Positions 59,021-64,000 of a stretch of 64,000 nucleotides of DNA are shown here, piece after piece (the first letter of the stretch is position 1; each line of letters begins with the position of its first letter). The position numbers were made by a program, and so were the translations under genes. The notes under the pieces are model-generated. The model was not told where the DNA came from. It saw nothing but the letters and a program-made list of their open reading frames with translations, and did no database searches. The stretch lies in contig NC_047079.1 in assembly GCF_902459465.1 (NCBI RefSeq), positions 2,480,001-2,544,000 of the forward strand, in the 5' to 3' direction. This DNA comes from Asterias rubens. Lineage: Eukaryota.

Positions 59021-60712
59021 GGTGCTAGTTTGATGAGAGGAATCTCAACGGCTGTACCACATGTAGATTGTCCAGCGATGACTTAGAAAACAACACAAAT
59101 TCTACTTGTATAGCCTCGTGTAATCTTATCACCGCATATGGAGGGAAAGTAATTTGAACAGCTGAAATGAATGCTATTGGTGAAAAACCTACATATATGC
59201 CCGATTATGAAACTATATCATGATAAAACGTTACAGCGTCCGAGTATCATATCAGTAAGGCAAACACACGTCAACTTGGGTGTACTTATTTCCATTTTTA
59301 TCAGTTATCAACAATCGTTGTTCCTCTGAACAAACTTTAAAAAAAAAAGGAGATTTCCCAATACAAATGTAATATTGAAGCGGGGTCATCGAACTGTGTC
59401 ATTAACTTAACCTTTGTTAAAGGTGTGACTATTATTACTTTCCTTCAAATTTCAGTTGGTGAATAATTGAAGAGCACTGCAGCTGTTGGTGGGAGGTTTC
59501 TTAAAAGCAAATAATTTTCCAGTTAAATATACTTCATCCAAAAAAAAAATCTGAATTTTTTGTTATACATGCCTGAATTGTTTCTCCTGTCCGGTCTTGA
59601 ATGCTGTAGCCAGAGATGCTATACATATCACCAAGCTTCCTGTTTTTTGCCATTTCCCGCGGTTCTCTTTTCGTATCGTTCTATAAGTAGTTGGTTTTAC
59701 CATTAGTTTGTGTAGCTTCGTACATTGAAGAAACATGAATAAAATCCCCCCCCCCCCTAAAAAAAAAAAAAAAAAAGAGATGCGGTTGGTACCCGCTCTC
59801 ATCTCACTAAATGTAGGCGAATACGACGTTCGTTTGCAAATACCGGGACCCCTTGTTGCTGTTTTCTCAACAATTTAACCGTGTTTTCACCTGTAACTTC
59901 CACATACAATTGTTATGATATCCCTCTTTTTAATTTTACCTATGACTACGACTACGTTGACAACGACCAAACCACAACGATATATTTAAAGGCAGTGGAC
60001 ACTATTGGTAATGACTCAAAATAAGTATTAGCATAAAACCGTTCTTGGTAACAAGTAATGGGGAGAGGTTTATAATATAAAACATTGTGAGAAACGGCTC
60101 CCTCTAAAGTAATGTAGTTTTCGAGAAAGAAGCAATTTTCCGTGCACGAATTTGATTTCGAGACCTCAGATTTAGAATTTGAGGACTCGAAATCAAGCAT
60201 CTGAAAGCATACAACTTCGTGTGACAAGGACATTTTTCTTTGACAATTACCATTAGTTTCCAGTGTCTTTAATTCTTCGGCATTAAAGGCACTGGACGCC
60301 GTTGGTTTGTCATCAATGTCCAATTTCTCACTTGGTGTTTCCCAACATATGCATTAAATAACAAATCTGTGAAAATTTTGACTAAATTGTTCATCGAAGT
60401 TGCAAGAGAATAATGAAAGAAAAACACCCTTGTTGCACAAAATGTGTGGGCTTTCAGAAATGAAATGCCTGAAATATTGTAATATGTTTTAATATTTTAA
60501 GAATGTTACTTCAGAGGGAGCCGTTAACTCCTCTACACTTTTTAATATACCACGTACGATTTTAGGCTAACATTTATTTTGAGTAATAACCAATTATTAT
60601 TTAGTGCCGTATAATCTCAAACACCGGTCATACATTATGCAAACTTGACACGTTCCCCATCTCCAGTTGTCCCATTGGTCAACACATTATCAAGTCCTTT
60701 CGATAAGAGTTA

Positions 60713-60903
60713 AGCCCGGTTCCTACTTCATGCGAATGCGAATGCGAAGCGAATTTGACGTAAATTTGACGTCACAACCCTCCTTTCGCAGCAATATTCG
60801 CAAGTGAGTTGAGCAGAGGGCAACTGCTGCGAATTGTTCGTTGCGAATTTGTGACGTCAACATTCGTATCGCATTCGCATTCGCAGGAAGTATGAACCGG
60901 GCT
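60713..60903. mobile_element. Palindromic MITE (agcccggttc..cgaatgcg...cgcattcgcaggaagtatgaaccgggct); second copy ~40203-40395
   Basis: Inverted arms shared by two dispersed copies. Confidence 0.7.
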
Positions 60904-61299
60904 TAATAGTTCTCTGTACTGCAAGGCAATGCCACGTACAAATCTAATCAACATGTATCATAATATGTTGATTTAATTAGTGAGAAAAAAATATGCTGAT
61001 CTTCCCATTGTAATATCATTATTGCAGTGACATTGATTATCATGTAAAAGAAGAGTCCAAATTCCGGCTTGGTTTAAATTATAGTTTAAACCCGTTCATC
61101 TCTATTCAAATTGTATTAATTGTACAATGCCAACCTGGGGCCATTGACCAATACACTCAATGAACCGTGTTGCGATAGTGAGACGTCAGACGTGGATGCT
61201 ACCGTACACGACCATTGTTTTAAACGTGCAAGAGAAACAAATATTGTGCACAAGACTCTCAAAGCCCGGGTAATGACAATTAAAGAATTTGGGTAGCTT

Positions 61300-61717
61300 T
61301 TCAAAATGTCTACAGATTTACATTAAACTTACAGGGTTTGAAGATATGATAGTGGAAAGCTTCCCTTCGAATATTACTAACTGTATGAGGTTGTGTAGTT
61401 GAGAAATGAGTAAAACAAGTCAGAAAATCATTTTGGTCTCATGAGACCAAAATTATTTGAGCATGTAACATCCCCTTAACCAGTTATGATATTATACCAA
61501 AACCATAGCATAACTGGTTAATACGTTTTTACATGCTAAAACTGAGACGAAAATTATTACTTTTACTCATTTCTCAAAAACTACAGCACCTCAGTAAGTA
61601 AAATTTCAAAGGGAAGCTTAAATTCTACTATCATAATCTTCAAACTGTGTAAGTTTAATGTAAAACTGTGGACAATGTGTTTTTTGTTAGGAAAAAGTAC
61701 ATAAGTATACCCTTTAA
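61300..61717. mobile_element. TTAA-flanked MITE family C (TTAAAGGG..ATGTACTTTTT); other copies ~31094-31510, ~40925-41030
   Basis: Shared internal sequence (gatagtggaaagcttccc, ttttactcatttctc) and terminus aaaaagtacat...ccctttaa. Confidence 0.6.
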
Positions 61718-62626
61718 CAGAGAACAAGTTTGTCTGTAATGTTCGGACCATCAAGAATTGACTTTCAAAACAATCACCGTGGTCATTAGGTCAGCCAAGC
61801 CCAAGCTCTTTGTTATATGTCCAATATGAAGACGGGTGAATTTGTTTCTGTTACAGTCATGTTTTTAAATGAAATAAATGCAACATTAGATTGCCATTGC
61901 TCTTTTAACTTACTGGAAATCCTGACAAGAATTCATCGACTGGTCGTCAGTGTATGTCTCCAAGCTGTTGTTTGTGTAAATGATGCTTCTTACTCATTTT
62001 GTTTCAAACTCGACAGACAAGATTTAAGGCCCGCCGTCGATTTCACAAAACTCTTCCTAACTTAAAGGAACACGTTGCCTTCGATCGGACGAGTTGGTCT
62101 ATAAAAAGCGTCTGTAACCGTTTTTTATAATTAATGCATATGGTTGGAAACATGTTTTAGAAGTACAATGATCCACACAAGTTTGCCTTGAAATTGCGTG
62201 GTTTTTCTTTTACTGTGCGAACTAACAAGGTCGGCCATTTATGGGAGTCAAAAATTTGACTCACATAAATGTGAGTCAAAAATTTGACTCCCATAAATGG
62301 CCGACCGTGTTAGTCGACGAGGTAAAAGGAAAACCGTGCAATAACGAGGCATGTTTGTGTGGATCATTGTATTCTACCTTTACAACATCTTTCTACCCAC
62401 ATGCATTTTATAACAAACGGTTACAAACGCTTTTTATATACCAACTCGACCGATCCAAGGCAACGTGTTCCTTTAAGACTAATATTAGGACTTAGGACGA
62501 GTCCCAACCCTGCACTGTAGCATGCGGACCTTAAGATTAATCCTAAGTTAAGACGAGTTACTCGTCCTAACTCGAGATAAGACGAGTCCTAACTCTTTGT
62601 GAAATCGACCCCTGGTCACACAGTTA

Positions 62627-62797
62627 GGCCCCGATAACGAGAACGAGAACGAAAACGAGAACGAGAACGATAAAAATGCACGCCCTCGATTGGTTGAATT
62701 GCTCCATGCAGAATACGCCCACGCTTAAAAATCAACGAATCAAACGTTTTTTTGTTTTTGTTTTCGTTCTCGTTTTCGTTCTCGTTATCGGGGCCTG
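62627..62797. mobile_element. Palindromic MITE with (GAGAAC)n arms; related copy ~63010-63205
   Basis: aggccccgataacgagaacgag...ctcgttctcgttatcggggcct. Confidence 0.65.
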
Positions 62798-63230
62798 CGT
62801 GGCCGGACCTTTATTGTTCTGCTTGTTAATTCAATGATATTGAAAGTGTTGACAATAGTGATATTTACTTTGCTCTCATTTTCCTCGGCAGTCGGCATAA
62901 TGTTAAGAGGTCCGTGGAACAATTATTAAGGTCTACTTTAAATTAAATCATACCGCACAAATCCATGTTTCATCGAAAAACATTATTGCCAAAGATGTCA
63001 GTTCCCTTAAGGTACAGACTTTCACGTTATCGTTTTCGTCGTGTGATGATAGCGAAAACGATAACGACGTAAAGAGGAACGCATTATACTGGTTGAATTG
63101 CTCCGCGCAGAATACGCGCACGCTTATTCCACCAATCGGGGGCGTGTATGTTAACGTTTTCGTTTACGTTCGGCGTTTTCGTTCTCGTTATCGAGCTAGC
63201 CGGGCCTTTAAGAGCATAGAGGAAAAAACT

Positions 63231-64000
63231 TTAAGATGGAAGAATGCGTCTTGCGTACAGTTTGTCGTAAAAGGGCTGAGCCACGGCCACCATTTCCTTC
63301 ACTATTTCAGGTGTCTCCTTTATTGACTCGTTGCTGGGTGTTTGATGACCCTTGTTGAAGCATCGACTTTCAAGTACAGTGCTCATCCAGTGAAATTCCT
63401 CCTCGGCCTCTCTAACTGACTTCGGCACGATCCAGTTGCTCGGCATTCCTGGCTCCCAAGTTAAGATGGATTCGGAGAAAGGCAGTCCTAGTGCGGAGCA
63501 ATACTTCTGCAGCATGGTAGCTGGGTGGTTTAAGATGTCGTCTGCGTCTATAATCACGAGCTGTTGGCCCAGGTCTTTCTCTACGTAGTCTGCCATCTCT
63601 GCCAGCTCACCGTAGCTGAACCCTTTCTGAGGCAACCATCCCCGGAGGCTTGCGTCCCCCTCATCGCCGGACATTTTCTTGAACAGTCGGTAGTAAGACA
63701 TGAATGACTTCATGGGCTGTCGGATCAGGAACGAGTGACGGTAGCCCTTTGGGAGGTACTGAAGCCTCCCCATGACGGCGTATGCTAAGTCCTTTATGAT
63801 GACTGATTGATGACCTTGAAAGTCCTCCTCCAACTTGTTTTTGACCCATGCGTGAGTGTAGTCTACCTCTGGGGGCACCTCGTCTGGCGGTTTCAGGAGA
63901 CCGTCTGGACCGAAGTGTTCAGCAGTGCCGTAAGGTTCCATCCATGCAACCGAGCCCTCTATGGTGCTGAGGCACTTCATGAAAGCTGTCGACAGCGAAC
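63231..64000 (-). CDS. Sulfotransferase-family P-loop protein (type often annotated 'BCAT-like protein 2' N-domain), 5' end outside the window
   Basis: Open frame from the window edge: RSLSTAFMKCL..EPY..IIKDLAY..HSFLIRQP..SYYRL..YGEL..VIIDADDILNHP..LQKYCSALGLPF..ILTW. Confidence 0.75.
   Translation of the reverse strand, partial: SLSTAFMKCLSTIEGSVAWMEPYGTAEHFGPDGLLKPPDEVPPEVDYTHAWVKNKLEEDFQGHQSVIIKDLAYAVMGRLQYLPKGYRHSFLIRQPMKSFMSYYRLFKKMSGDEGDASLRGWLPQKGFSYGELAEMADYVEKDLGQQLVIIDADDILNHPATMLQKYCSALGLPFSESILTWEPGMPSNWIVPKSVREAEEEFHWMSTVLESRCFNKGHQTPSNESIKETPEIVKEMVAVAQPFYDKLYARRILPS

Noticed and set aside
59138-59164. Bipartite PTF1 site (E-box plus TC-box) in the gene C promoter
   Set aside because: TTTCCC lies 10 nt from the E-box, which fits neither the one-turn nor the two-turn spacing, and it is not conserved in A or B.

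Overview
AT-rich, intron-containing animal genomic DNA, probably a marine invertebrate (echinoderm-like by inference from the DEATH-NACHT-LRR gene and repeat types). It has two N gaps (36286-36530, 46901-47050). Splice and frame analysis was done by hand. (1) Three paralogous 5-exon trypsin-fold protease genes: A (-, frameshifted, runs off the left edge), B (+, 8963-13537, intact, 273 aa) and C (-, 59020-47247, intact, 270 aa). B and C have a complete His/Asp/Ser triad but His or Gln replaces Gly193. (2) A minus-strand NLR gene (DEATH-DEATH-NACHT-LRR) whose 8-kb terminal exon holds 39 tandem 156-bp units (about 79 LRRs). Three separate +1 frameshifts break its 5' part. (3) A 5.26-kb Polinton/Maverick-like element (AGTAGT termini, 81-bp TIRs, 6-bp TSD) in the 3' UTR/flank of protease C. 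It carries a decayed C2H2/acidic ORF and no visible core genes. (4) A Penelope-like RT/GIY-YIG element fused at its 5' end to ~310 bp of 28S rRNA, with an inverted pLTR copy containing a minimal hammerhead ribozyme, in intron 4 of protease C. (5) A sulfotransferase-like ORF at the right edge. (6) Many palindromic MITEs (often TTAA-flanked) and decayed non-LTR fragments.
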